Assembly: GCA_051530055.1 (NCBI GenBank)
Contig: CM121341.1
Coordinates: forward strand, 17,772,784 to 17,836,783
Direction: 5' to 3'
Source of the DNA: Neoechinorhynchus agilis
Taxonomy: Eukaryota; Animalia; Acanthocephala
DNA length: 64,000 nt
Below are positions 25,330 through 37,678 of this stretch, piece after piece. Each line of letters begins with the position of its first letter. Position 1 is the stretch's first letter. Position numbers and translations under genes: made by a program. The notes beneath the pieces were generated by a model. The model ran no database searches and was not told the DNA's origin. It worked only from the letters and a program-made list of their open reading frames with translations.

Positions 25330-26384
25330 AGCGAACGAACCAATCATGTTCTACTGAAGAATAATCCTCACTTCTTATTTGCTGATAACGATCAATTATT
25401 GCTTTTGCAGCGTCCACCGCAAGATCTCGGGAATTGCTAACACGCTGAGCGAACTCAACGCTTTTGTTCTGAAATTCCGTGCAATCCACTTCATCAATGA
25501 CCCTATTTATCAGTCCAATGCTCATAGCCTTGTCACTTCCTATGATATCACCCGACAATATGATATCCAGACAGTTGCAAGATGATCCAATACGAGCACA
25601 CAGTTGACTAATTCCTCCAAATCCTGGAATAAATCCATGTTTCGTGATTTCAGGGAAGGCGAATTGTGCATTGGGACTTGCAACAATCATGTCGCAAAGC
25701 AGAGCAAGTTCAAAACCAGCTCCGAGTGCTTTACCGTTGACGGCAGCAATGCTTAGCTTCGGTTTAAGAGATGCTCGCAAGTCCTTCCAACATTCGTGCA
25801 GAAGATTGGCTTCTGATTTAATATCTGCTTCCGTGATTGCGCTCTTTTCCAATAAAGGTGATCGACTATCGAGTCCAGCGCAAAATATTTTCATTCGTCC
25901 TGCCAAAACAATCGCTTTTATGTTTTCTTGCTTGGTTACATTTCTCCACAGCGATGAAAGATCTTGTTTGACGCATTCTGATAAAATAAAGTGGACTTAA
26001 TCTTCATAGAATCGTGGTTTTCACGAACATTACCGATTTTTTAGCGAGAATATAAAAGCAGTTGCTTTCACTTCTGGATCTACTAACGGAAATATACTAT
26101 TTAAAACGGTAGTTTTCTCTATGCTAATAAAGAAATGAATGAAAATGTCGATAGAAAACATAACGGCAATTTAAGCAATATAAAATACCGCCAAAAGCTA
26201 AATAAACGTTTGCGGATGAACTTGAGATACAGATTGTTAAATACCATTCAAAATTTAAAGATAAAATTAGTTAAATTGATAGGTCATTATAAAAACAGAA
26301 TTTTAGCGCTGATGCCGGAAAATGTTCCATATTTGACCATTTAAATAAGACATTCGAAATGAGAAATCTATGGTACGAAAACAT
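25330..26384 (-). CDS. Enoyl-CoA hydratase/crotonase (copy 1); 3' end fused in frame to the convertase; putative exon 1 has a TAA at 26271-26273
   Basis: IFCAGLD, IAAVNGKALGAGFELALLCD, AQFAFPE, IPGFGG; exon structure inferred from the right-arm copy. Confidence 0.8.
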
Positions 26385-26896
26385 CTAATATTATATATTT
26401 TTCACCTACTTTTGGTGAACTCTGAAATAAATTGAAAGCGGCTTTCAATTTACTCTAAACACTGATGTGATAATAGTTTTAAGACGAGGATTAAGCTAAT
26501 TAAATTTGCAAGTTGAATTATAATTTGTATATTTTATAAGATTCCAATATTTAGGTAACTTTATAAGTTTCATTAATTCAATCACATTTTGATCTAAACG
26601 CGTCTTAAAGTATGAACGTCAACGGTTGGTTTCCTAAGTGTTATTACGGCGACTTTTGATTGCCTATTGGTCTCGCCAGCAACAATACTGGCCGACACGC
26701 TCATTTGCGATCTTGTCCCAGCCGGAATCATAGAATGTTGTATTTTGAAAGGACAAGGAACAAAACTTCTTTCGTTCTGCAATAGAAGAAACTCTGAGAA
26801 AATGGGATACTCCGCTCAAAATTATATCATCTATCACAATTCATTCAACCCAAATTCATCTGTTCGAAGTCTATAATTTTTTAAAACTTAAAGTTA

Positions 26897-27787
26897 TTAC
26901 GTGTAGCTCTTTTCCAACTCGTATAAATCTTCAAAAAGCTTTTCGAACGAGCTCACTTTATTTTGATTTAAGCTCTCGTTTTGTTTGTCTTCAATAACGA
27001 ATTCGGAACCTGCAGCAAGTTTGGATAAAGAATTAGCAAAGTCCTTTGATTCGATTGCATCCGTCTCAACCTGCCACCAATCGTTATTTCCACTATCTGA
27101 AGCAGTATTCGTGGCCACGTTTGGCATTTCGATTTTGTCCATTTCTATCCTTTTTGATTGCGAAGCTCTTAAGTGTAGAATAACGTCCATCCTCTCCAAA
27201 ACCAGCATCGAGTTAATCAGCTTAGCGAATGGACTAGGTGATGCAAATGGTTCGTGGGATAGATACCAGAACCGTAGGATACATTGTCGCAAAACAAATA
27301 AGTATTCGAGCTTTGGATCATTGGAAAACACGGGTTTCCGACTCTTGCCTTCGTTGTTCATCCATTGGTCAACGGATACACCCAGAAAATCATGAATCGA
27401 AATTGGGATTTTAAGACCAGTACACAATTTAATAGTATTGATAGGTTTTAGAGGTGGATCCTTTGATGAATCGCCCGATAAAATTCGTGCTACTTCATCA
27501 ATCACTTTGAATTCGTTTTCAAACTCAACGTAATTCCGACAAAATACTTGGGCAAACGTACTTTTAGCAGAGTCTCTCAAACTTCTGAAACTTTCTTCAT
27601 CCTCGTCAAGTTGTAGAACTAAAGTCATAATTTCCTTCCAAGCACGAATCGGTCTTTGATCGATTTCTGAATTCTGCCCTTCAGATAGTCTGGAGCGTAC
27701 TATGCTCTTTAGTTGATCTTCTTTATCATATCCTAAATGGAATCGGTTTAAAATATTGGTACACTTTTCACACTGATTGTGGGTTCT
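26897..27787 (-). CDS. Unknown protein, probably the last exon of the 31338-26897 gene
   Basis: Frame is open from 27787, 159 nt upstream of the ATG at 27628; protein-like composition; no family recognised. Confidence 0.6.
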   Translation of the reverse strand, partial: RTHNQCEKCTNILNRFHLGYDKEDQLKSIVRSRLSEGQNSEIDQRPIRAWKEIMTLVLQLDEDEESFRSLRDSAKSTFAQVFCRNYVEFENEFKVIDEVARILSGDSSKDPPLKPINTIKLCTGLKIPISIHDFLGVSVDQWMNNEGKSRKPVFSNDPKLEYLFVLRQCILRFWYLSHEPFASPSPFAKLINSMLVLERMDVILHLRASQSKRIEMDKIEMPNVATNTASDSGNNDWWQVETDAIESKDFANSLSKLAAGSEFVIEDKQNESLNQNKVSSFEKLFEDLYELEKSYT

Positions 27788-27869
27788 TCAAATGATCAGT
27801 TATTGGGTATTTAAAAGTAAATTTAAAAAGAATGTTAGGTTTTTCACGAGTCGCAAATATCCAATGAAT

Positions 27870-28899
27870 CTAGAAATGATAAGCGATTGTGCCGCAGTCA
27901 CTGAACCGTTTTAAAATTTGATTTCTATTGCCGAAACGTAGAGAGTTCGGAAAGCGATTTCGGATGTTTTCTCTATCAATGCACTTAGGATTTTTAGCGA
28001 CTAGGAACCGAATTAAAGAAAAGGACAATGAAAATGGGAAGTTCATACCTTGCAATGCAGCCATGGCTCTACTTACAGCCTCTGAATCCGTCACAAGAAC
28101 CTCATGATAAATTGCTTTTTCTTTTGCCTCAGGATAAAGACTATCTTCATCCATCCACAATTTGATCGTTGCACTTATATCACCTTCAACTGCGCCACGC
28201 AAATCTGCCTTTTCCAAAGATAACTGTAGCCAACTAACAAAACCATGATTTAACTCGAAACGGATGGTTTTCCCGTTGTCCTCAACGTCCGCATTACAAT
28301 TAGTGACTACATGATTTTCGTCCATTTTCAAAATCAATGATGTACATGTAGAAGCTGTGAATGTTATCGGTGTTCCTTGTTTAAGATACTCCGTGCTTTG
28401 AAATCGACTTTCCACAAAATTTGCAAGGTTGGTTCCATGGAACACTAAATAAAAGTCGTTGCTATTCTCCCTCCGAAATATTGAGATGCTGTATAGTCTG
28501 CTGTATGCCATAAAATAGTAAACTGAACTACACAATCCGTTATACAAAGGCGTTTGGTTGAAAGGCGACTCGTTGTTCAGGTCCGAGTATATTTCTATTT
28601 GACTCTCACATCGAAAAAATAAATAGGTTTTAAAGTCCACATTTGCATCAATCGTTACATGATCTTCTTCCATTCGAACATTCGCATCCATGGTATAGTC
28701 TTTCCATTCGCGGAGTGGAAATCGAAGGTTTCTAGCTTTGTCATTCCCTGGATTCTCAGAGGAAAGAGCAAAAACAAGAAATTTGTAGTCCTTCAGATTC
28801 TTTTCGGGCGGAAGATTAACTTCTGCAAAGTCAACAGTTAATAAATCTGATCTAGTTTGCCTTCCATAGATTACTTTTGCTATCATGGAACGAATTTTC
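27870..28899 (-). CDS. Unknown beta-rich protein segment, probably a middle exon
   Basis: 338-aa ORF; can be joined in frame to the 764-aa ORF through 28900-29077. Confidence 0.65.
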
Positions 28900-29043
28900 T
28901 TACTGTAAGGGTAAAAAAATAAATAATTTCAGGTATTGCCTTTCCTTGCGATTTCAGTGCGTTAACATCGAATATATATTTTTAAAAAGAAATTTCATCA
29001 CGAGTTTAGATAACTAAAAATTACAAATTTAACGTACATCTCT

Positions 29044-31338
29044 TTAGATGTGATGAAAATTTGTTCCTTCGTCTACTTTATTCCTTTCGGGTTTTTCGAA
29101 TGGTATTGAAAAAGCCGTTAAACTCTTTATGCTCGATGACAGATCGTCAAGAATATCTGTGGGAACACGCTCACTGAAAGCAATCGGCGATTCAGTTTCT
29201 CTTATTTCTTTATCGACAAGATTCTTGATTGTAATTGTGGAAGCCTTCATCTCAATCTTTATATCTGGGTCCCAGAAAAGATCCAGAAGTAAAACAAAGT
29301 CGAGGTTAAACCTAGTGTATGTTGGAGAAATATCCTGCATCGTGGAAATATCATCTTTTGTACAAAGAATACTCAGTTGCGCTCTCGGCATCCATTTAGT
29401 TGGCGCTTCTTCGCTGCACGATATCAGCTGGGACGACAAAGCACTTGGTTCGTTAAAATCAACCAATACTTTTACTTGTTGGTTATCCGTTTGGGCTTCT
29501 TTGCTAATCGCTAATTCTTGTTGTATCTCATTATTGGGGCACTTGGTGGTCATTTTATTGAGTGGAAACGTTCGAATGAGTACACACTGGAATTGCCCCA
29601 AAATATATTTCACAGTTCCCGCATAATACTTTATGTCATTTCTCCCACATGGATTACTGTGTTGAAAGCTCGCCTCAATGACGGGAATGTCTTCACATGT
29701 TGAAGTCTTCAAAATCATTTCGGAATTTTCATCGTCTTTTCGCCGACTTGAAAGTCGAGAAATCTCTCGATCAAAAGAACTTGGCATCGACCTGTACCTG
29801 CTTGCTTTCTCTTTAATCTCCTCGATTCTTGATGCAACGATATCCATCCCATTCTCCAGTTTTATATCAGGTCCAATCAAACTGCTTTTATTAGGATGAT
29901 TTATCAAAATCCGTAGGAACAACTGTTCACTTTTCGTGCTCACTACTTCACCTAAAATACCCTCACAAGGAATAAGTATAGTGGCCGCCTGCAGACGATC
30001 GGTTGTATAATTTACATCATAAACAGAAGATAATCTCTCTGAGTTATCATGAAATAGTCTATGATAATTCTCCGCTGTTAACACCGGAAATCTTTCTACG
30101 TCAATTTCCGTCTTTGTAATGCCACTCGGGACAAACAATCCAAAACGAACAAAGCACTGCTCGTCATTGATTTTTATTTCAGTCTCTTCTTTACCCAACT
30201 TGAACTTTGGTTCTATTGTTATTTCGCTCTTTTGAGCTTCGAAATCAAAATAGAACATTTCATTGGTATCCGTTGTAGGAAACACTGTAAATTTCGGTTG
30301 CTGGTATTTATCAAGAGCAAGTGATGGTTTCATATTTGCCTTTTCACAATACAAATTAGCAAACTTTAACCGTTCGTCTATTTCCTTCATAATGTTATCA
30401 ATAGAATTGCATAATCTACTCAAAATATACAATACACGACTAAGGGGTTTAGAACTAGAAGGATCAGTTAATTTCAGTAAAGCAGTGTTTCCATCACGCA
30501 GGTAAAATTCAGTATCTGGAATCGGAACATCTTGTCCTGCCAAAGTATTAAAAATCCGTTCCACTTGAATTCCACAACTGAGCATGAACAATCGGAATGT
30601 TGAGTACGCGTTCTTTTTGTAAGCTTTGCGAGTTACCATACTTGACTCGGTCCATTTTGAATCTTTATATAAAATATCGGCAACACTGGATGAGAGAAAA
30701 TCGTTGCTGATTTGACACAAGTCCAACAGAAAGCTATCTAAAGTAATGCCTACTTCTATTAGTTGAGCATTTAGATATTCAATCATTTCTTCACATGAAA
30801 GTTCTACCAGCTTTGTTTTATCCTTTGGCGTTCCATCTGACAACCGTTTCCTTTCCCGCATTTGAAAATCCTTTTCCTGATCAATACTATTTCTCAACTC
30901 TACTATTTTATCATCTTTTTTCTCTAAATCTACATTCTGCTCACTTATATTTTCATCTATTTCTGAATAGAACTTTTCAGTGTCTGTTTTATCATCTTCA
31001 CCCTTTTGTACATTTGACCTTCGTTTTTTACCACTGAAGATCGATTCCAAGAAGCTAAGATCATCATCGATATCCAAATCTTCCCAAAATAAATTTTGCC
31101 CGATGTTATCTGCAGTGGGTTCAGAGGGGCTTGTTTTATGGACCTTAACAATGCTGATCAAAGGCGCGACGCGGTTATCCATTTCATCGAAATCAATCGG
31201 TGAAAAATCACCATCGTTAAATTTTTCAATGTGTAAGATATCACTGACTCGTCCCTTTTCAAGCGTATCGGTATCATTCACTTCTGCCACTGAACGTAAT
31301 CTCAAACTTTGATCAGATACTAGCTCCTTACTGGACAT
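29044..31338 (-). CDS. Unknown 764-aa protein with an acidic N-terminus and coiled coil
   Basis: Long ORF; ATG preceded by a TTTCAG acceptor at 31349-31354; no confident family call. Confidence 0.8.
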   Translation of the reverse strand: MSSKELVSDQSLRLRSVAEVNDTDTLEKGRVSDILHIEKFNDGDFSPIDFDEMDNRVAPLISIVKVHKTSPSEPTADNIGQNLFWEDLDIDDDLSFLESIFSGKKRRSNVQKGEDDKTDTEKFYSEIDENISEQNVDLEKKDDKIVELRNSIDQEKDFQMRERKRLSDGTPKDKTKLVELSCEEMIEYLNAQLIEVGITLDSFLLDLCQISNDFLSSSVADILYKDSKWTESSMVTRKAYKKNAYSTFRLFMLSCGIQVERIFNTLAGQDVPIPDTEFYLRDGNTALLKLTDPSSSKPLSRVLYILSRLCNSIDNIMKEIDERLKFANLYCEKANMKPSLALDKYQQPKFTVFPTTDTNEMFYFDFEAQKSEITIEPKFKLGKEETEIKINDEQCFVRFGLFVPSGITKTEIDVERFPVLTAENYHRLFHDNSERLSSVYDVNYTTDRLQAATILIPCEGILGEVVSTKSEQLFLRILINHPNKSSLIGPDIKLENGMDIVASRIEEIKEKASRYRSMPSSFDREISRLSSRRKDDENSEMILKTSTCEDIPVIEASFQHSNPCGRNDIKYYAGTVKYILGQFQCVLIRTFPLNKMTTKCPNNEIQQELAISKEAQTDNQQVKVLVDFNEPSALSSQLISCSEEAPTKWMPRAQLSILCTKDDISTMQDISPTYTRFNLDFVLLLDLFWDPDIKIEMKASTITIKNLVDKEIRETESPIAFSERVPTDILDDLSSSIKSLTAFSIPFEKPERNKVDEGTNFHHI

Positions 31339-32339
31339 TCTATGCCAACTGAAAGTAACTAATTTAATGTTATGTAATATTATTCATTGGTAACCATGGG
31401 AATTATCCGTACTTTTAACAATAAATTTTGCCAAGTGAGGCGCAAAACCTAGCTCGTGATAGAGAGAGATTTAAATTGATATCAGGAAAATTTACAAGAG
31501 CTTTCTTCATAAATGCATAAATCCTTACAAAATTCAGTGATTTGAGATCCATCCAGTGCCAAAATGCAAACATGAACTTTTAAACAGAACTATATGTTCG
31601 CTTTAGTCTGCAATGATACGTTCGCGTCCCGTGACAAAGCAACTCCTCCTATGGTAAATGTCTAAAATATGCTGACCGCGATCAAATATCTTTCTACGAT
31701 TTCTCGAAGCCTCCGCTTTTATGAGTTTGTGAATCGATGGCATGCACATATCGTTTTCCATCACATTTCTTCAATGTTTTTAGAGATCACGAATGATTTT
31801 CTAAACAACGATGTTTGTTTACCTTTCCATTGACGGAAATATAAATCTCCCTTTATTGCGACAAGTTGCTGTTCATTGAATAGTATTACTAAACTCGGCC
31901 GTTAGAAAAAAGCAGCGGGAGATCGCGGAATTAATGTAAATGGAAAATCTTTAAATTGAAGTAGGGAATTTACTTCGGCATCTAAACATTGTACATCTAA
32001 TTTTTCCGTTGATTTGAATTTTATTGTACGAATATACGCCAAAAGATGACGACTGCACAATTTTTCATCCTTTTTGCTCTTGAATGAGTTGAACGTTTTA
32101 GTAATTTCAAAATTTACAAATGGGGAAAAATAATCAGCAAATCATTAACCGGCCCTCTTTTTTAACGAAAAATGATAAGCAGCGTCTCAATTGAACAATG
32201 AAAAGAGATGTAAAATTAAAATGGGAATGCTTAAATGGAAATGCAGATGAAGAGCCTTGATTATGAGCGACGGGCATGGGAAAATCGGATATTATGGAAG
32301 AGAAGGGTAAAATGGAAAAGGGTGATAAGGAATAATAAT

Positions 32340-32930
32340 AACACGTTTATTTGTTAGTTAACAAAGAAAAGGACCCATGTATCTTTGGGTCCACATGAAA
32401 ACTCGGGTTCAGATTTGTTCAATGAATGCGCTTGTTGATTTTGGTAGGATTACGGGTTCGTTCGGGCTGGAAGGTTTGCTCGGATGGGGATTGGCGGTTA
32501 TTGTGTGAAGGAGAGCTTCGGTCTTTCCTTCGGTTCATTTCGGACCATGAAATCCGAGAAGATTGGCTACTATGGAAAAAGGATCGGTGCGAAGTTTTGG
32601 GAAGAATGAAATGAATTGGGATTACGAGAGATTGAGATAACGAGTCATTGTGATTACGCATGATTGGGTTGGTTCATTTTGGATCATGATATCCGAGGGG
32701 TTTGGACAGTGAAAGTAATGGGGGGGGGAAATTGTGGTAGAAGGATAGGTGGGCGTTTTGATTTTTTGTAAGATTCCGGCACCACGAGATGTTGAACCCA
32801 CGAGATGAGGAAGAGGATAGAACAGGCCAAGAGTGGACAAATGCGGAAAATGCAATGTATGTTAAAGGGCAAGAAGGACAAAATCGCATTTTCGATTTGA
32901 AGAAAATAAACCCATCGAATTAGTTAGATT
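32340..32930 (-). mobile_element. LINE 3' fragment (family of 2870-4625 and 9000-9400)
   Basis: HCIFRICPL...SWVQHLVVPESYKK ORF-end remnant; shared 3' motif tctgaacccgagt...ccaaagatacatgggtcc. Confidence 0.65.
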
Positions 32931-33220
32931 TTCATTAGTGCCGTCGATCAAAAATCGTATCCCATGTTGAGCAGATGAAAAATATTTTTACATAGATATT
33001 AAATTGCTAAAAAAGCAATCGTTTTATTACTTCCATCACTAGCAAAAGCAAGTAAGTATTTATCTACAAATATACCAATTATTATAATTCAACTTGCAAA
33101 TTTAATTAGCTTAATCATCGCCTTAAAACTTTTATCACATCAGTGTTTAGAGTAAATTGAAAGCCGCTTTCAATTTATTTCAGAGTTCACCAAAAGTAGG
33201 TGAAAAATATATAATATTAG

Positions 33221-34332
33221 ATGTTTTCGTACCATAGATTTCTCATTTCGAATGTCTTATTTAAATGGTCAAATATGGAACATTTTCTGGCCTCAGCGCT
33301 AAACTTCTGTTTTTATAACGACATATCATTTCAACTAATTTTATCTTTAAATTTTGAATGGTATTTAACAATCTGTACCTCAAGCTCATCCGCAAACGTT
33401 TATTTAGCTTTTGGCGGTATTTTATATTGCTTAAATTGCCGTTATGTTTTCTATCGACATTTTCATTCATTTCTTTATTAGCATAGAGAAAACTACCGTT
33501 TTAAATAGTATATTTCCGTTAGTAGATCCAGAAGTGAAAGCAACTGCTTTTATATTCTCGCTAAAAAATCGGTAATGTTCGTGAAAACCACGATTCTATG
33601 AAGATTAAATCAACTTTATTTTATCAGAATGCGTCAAACAAGATCTTTCATCGCTGTGGAGAAATGTAACCAAGCAAGAAAACATAAAAGCGATTGTTTT
33701 GGCAGGACGAATGAAAATATTTTGCGTTATACTCGATAGTCGATCACCTTTATTGGAAAAGAGCGCAATCACGGAAGCAGATATTAAATCAGAAGCCAAT
33801 CTTCTGCACGAATGTTGGAAGGACTTGCGAGCATCTCTTAAACCGAAGCTAAGCATCTCTTAAACCGAAGCTAAGCATTGCTGCCGTCAACGGTAAAGCA
33901 CTCGGAGCTGGTTTTGAACTTGCTCTGCTTTGCGGCATGATTGTTGCAAGTCCCACTGCACAATTCGCCTTCCCTGAAATCACGAAACATGGATTTATTC
34001 CAGGATTTGGAGGAATTAGTCAACTGTGTGCTCGTATTGGATCATCTTGCAACTGTCTGGATATCATATTGTCGGGTGATATCATAGGAAGTGACAAGGC
34101 TATGAGCATTGGACTGATAAATAGGGTCATTGATGAAGTGGATTGCACGGAATTTCAGAACAAAAGCGTTGAGTTCGCTCAGCGTGTTAGCAATTCCCGA
34201 GATCTTGCGGTGGACGCTGCAAAAGCAATAATTGATCGTTATCAGCAAATAAGAAGTGAGGATTATTCTTCAGTAGAACATGATTGGTTCGTTCGCTGTT
34301 TACTCGAAAAACAAAAGACTTCTAGAAGTTGA
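33221..34332 (+). pseudogene. ECH copy 2, frameshifted, with a native-looking C-terminus
   Basis: Inferred exons 33221-33360, 33482-33507, 33628-34332 (GT-AG). A 22-nt tandem duplication gcatctcttaaaccgaagctaa (33831-33874) shifts the frame; ends EHDWFVRCLLEKQKTSRS*. Confidence 0.85.
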
Positions 34333-34528
34333 GTGACCCACAGACTCCGTTATTTGTCAAAGGTATCTCTTCGACTTTATATCTTTGCAAAATCCCATAC
34401 TTTTACTTGAATTTAATTATAATTTGTCCGTGGTACGATTAGACAAATTCAAGACGTCTAGATAAGCGGCGAATGCCAACCTTCGAAATCCTGCTTAACA
34501 AAGGTCATTAAATGCCTTTTCGAAAAAA

Positions 34529-37500
34529 TTTTTTTTAATAAAAGAAAATTTATTAACTTATGTTATTCTCAATTGTCCTTCACCGTCCCCAAGACATTCG
34601 CTGCGTTTCCTCGCTGGATAGCCAAGGATATGTTCTGCACTAGGAACGAGCGAGCCCTCCTGTCATTGGTCGAGTTGATCAGTCGATGCCCCAGTTCGAG
34701 AACAAAACTCCTCGCCGCACGTCCGAAAGCTCCTAAGGTTTCCACTGCGAAGGGGACAAAATGATGAGAATTTGTAAAATCGGCGTATTTTGCAACCTTA
34801 CGAAGCTCAGCTGCTGATGCGGCTCCCCCAGCCCCGGAGGATGCATCTCGCAGATTGCTTGCTGCAAGGGAGTCGACGCATGTTGCGTCCCATATTAGAC
34901 ATGTGCCCCTGCTCCAAGGAAAAACGGTAACTCCATCCGGCCTACGGCCATCGATCCTGCAGATGTTGCTAGGCTCGAGGATATTCGGAGAGTTAGCCGT
35001 TTTCAAAGCGCGGCTCAGCAATGCGTTTATTTCGGTGTGTCTAGCAAAACGGCCACTTGAGCGTTTACAGGCTAAACCGTGCCTGCCCGAGGGGTCGACT
35101 TCCGTCCCGCATCGGCAGGTGTGAGGGATACAAACCGGGGGCCCGAGCCTTAGGGACACTGCGATTCTGAGAGCCTCGCCGTCTAATCTCGAACCGATAT
35201 TTGCTGATGGTACAGCTTTCAACCAGGCGCCGGACTCTTTGCAGGAAACTGCAGTTAATCGCGTTCTATCCACGTCGGAGAGCGAGTCAAAAAGTGAGGT
35301 GTGAACACGCTCAACTAACGGAATGTCCCACGATTTCTGTTTTTCCGGGAGGTCTGGAATCTTGTCGAGGTTAGACAGGGACATCCAAAGATGAAGAGCG
35401 GGCTCCAGGCTGATGTCCTCCTCAAAATTATGTTTCAAAATCAATCTGGAAAGGCGCTTGGACCTACTAAGAGACGATAGAAAGGCTGGAAGCGCAATGG
35501 CTGAGCTGGCACGAATACCGATCCCTCCATAGCTTGTGGGCAAAGATGCCTGGGTCCAGCCAGTGTTGGGGAGCTTAATATGAAGGATCTTGCATAGACC
35601 ATCCCTTAAAGAACCATCAATCTCTCTCAATTCGGGCTGACATTGAAAGGAAGGGGTTGACCGCAGTTTATGGAGGATGCGTGGAATGAAGATGCAATTT
35701 TTTAAAAGGAAGAGAGCATCGTGCGGGAAAAGTTCAGAGGCCCTTGAACAGATGAGATCAATGGAAGGTCTGATTTTCCTGATATCAGCCTGCATATTCT
35801 CCTCGAGAACGCAGCTTCCCAGCAGTTCTAAGCTGGACTTGGAGATAAGTCGGATATTAGGTGCGGCCTTTTCAAACTCTCTCAAAAATTGTGCGCGTTC
35901 CTCGTCCCCACAATTCAAAACCAAAATTTCGCACTTGCTTGGGTTCAGTTTGAGGCCAATTTTTTTACATTCTTCTAAAAGAACCGTTATATCTTGTAGG
36001 ACTTCAGATGGGGAACCTCCTAGAGTAGCGTCATCCAGATACCAGGCGTTGAATGGTGATCGAAGAGATTGCGTCAGATTGTTTGTCGTCAGAGCAAAAC
36101 CTAAAGGCCCCAGAGGGTCCCCTTGCTGCACACCCTATTGAGACCAGATTAGTTCATTATTATATACGAGCGGGGTGTGAGAGCAATATGCTGACTGAAA
36201 GTAGGGGAGAAGCTCTGGAATAGTGTTTCCAACTGCTGAGATTAAGATGCCTCGATCGATAGTGTTGAAGGCATTTGCGAAATCGCACTTCAGGATTACC
36301 TGAACGCCCCTACCAGAATTAATAAAAGAACGCAGCGCGTGGACTATAGCCTCTGCTCCACAAGGAGAGCAACATGCGAACTGGACGGGCCTAAGGATCT
36401 GGCCTGGTTTTTCCGCGACCCTTTTTGACAGAATCTTTCCGGTGAGACGGCGAAGGGTAGTTCCGATTGCTATGGGACGAATCCCACCATCCTTCTTATT
36501 AAGGGCACACAGGGAAGCCGAAAACATGAAATGTATTCCAGTGGCATTCGTGTCGCCTCGAGCGATGAGGTTCACTATAGTGGTCAAAGCCTTGGCGACT
36601 TTTTCCGCAGCGCAATGCGCTCCCCCCGAGATTAAGTCCTTTAGATGTTGGGGTCTGAGCCCGTCTAGACCGTGACTTGAACCGCCGGCGAATGAGGAGA
36701 GGGCCCTTTTCATTTCGACCACATCTATCGGTTTGAGATCTATCGGTGAAGGGGAATGTGAGCTAGGAGGTGGTGGTACGGCTGAAGGTGGGTGTTTTTC
36801 CCGCAAAGCGTTCAAAGTGGTAATTGTGTCCCCCGCAAAAGTATCCGTTGATGAGAGAAGGCGCACGGCTCCACGGATGTCGCCGTCGGACAACTTGGCC
36901 GATACGCGTTCTCCTAAGCGTCTAGATGAAAAACGACGAGGACCTTCAGATTTCGTCGAAAGGGATGTTGGATCCTCGGCAGATTTGAGCACAGCGAGGA
37001 AATTATCAGGGAAGTTGACGACTCTGGACTTGACAATTGATGTCAAGGATTCCTTTGAGGACTCACCGGCGAATAATACGAGTCGAGGGAAGGCGAACAA
37101 ACGCATCCAGGATATTGCGCTATTATTAACGACACATTCATTTAAAAGGTCCGCAAATGCGGAACCTACTTGGTACCAGGCGCCTTTAGGAATTCGTTTG
37201 AGGACGTGATTGGGAAGGACACGAAAAAGTTTCACAATTAGAGGAAGATTTTGTGAATCAAAGTCAAGTTCACAATTTGGGGGGGAAGAGCTGATATCTT
37301 CAGGGGACATGCCCGACCCTTCGCAGCGTGAAGAACGGGGACCGTAAACATGGAGGAGACCCAATTTCGTGACTCTGACTTTTTTTAAGCAGATCTTACA
37401 CAAACCTGTGGAAACCTTGGAGGTGGACGTAGCATCGATGCCGGAAGAAGTAGGTTCGCAAAAAGACATTCTCCAGTACGAGCGTTAGTGAGTTTGTGTG

Positions 37501-37640
37501 TGTCCTATGGATTGTTTTGGGTTGAATAATTGCTTGTAAGTTTTGCTTTCGGGGTTGACAATTCAGTTTATTGCCTTTCGTTATTTGCAAGTTTTTTCAA
37601 TTGATTGTCCCACGATGAATGTTTGTTGCTTGTTTGTAAG
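34529..37640 (-). mobile_element. Near full-length CRE-clade non-LTR retrotransposon with one in-frame TAG (36135-36137)
   Basis: N-terminal Cys-rich finger CKIC...HVYGP..RCEGSG, GLDGLRPQHLKD, GVQQGDPLGP, WYLDD, CRCG, DGRRPDG, FVPFAVET; ~965 codons; short 3' UTR with aataaa and an A-run. 5' boundary approximate. Confidence 0.93.
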
Positions 37641-37678
37641 TGTTTCAAAATGTGGCAACCTTTTCAAACAGTCCAAAA

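Larger units (their letters stand above)
21283..26535. repeat. Left arm of a large inverted duplication (~5.25 kb)
   Basis: Reverse complement of 33068-41571; Cys-rich, OTU, convertase and ECH genes in mirrored order; near-identical proteins. Confidence 0.97.

Noticed and set aside
26135-26344. 69-aa ORF open in both arms (also 33261-33470)
   Set aside because: Antisense to ECH exon 1/intron; its conservation is explained by the recent duplication.
29044-31338. Resemblance to class II PI3K RBD/C2 regions
   Set aside because: No kinase motifs in the downstream ORFs; similarity too vague.
33508-33627. TA-type solutions for the ECH intron
   Set aside because: The GT-AG intron gives EKTTVLNKCVKQDL, with the expected crotonase spacing.
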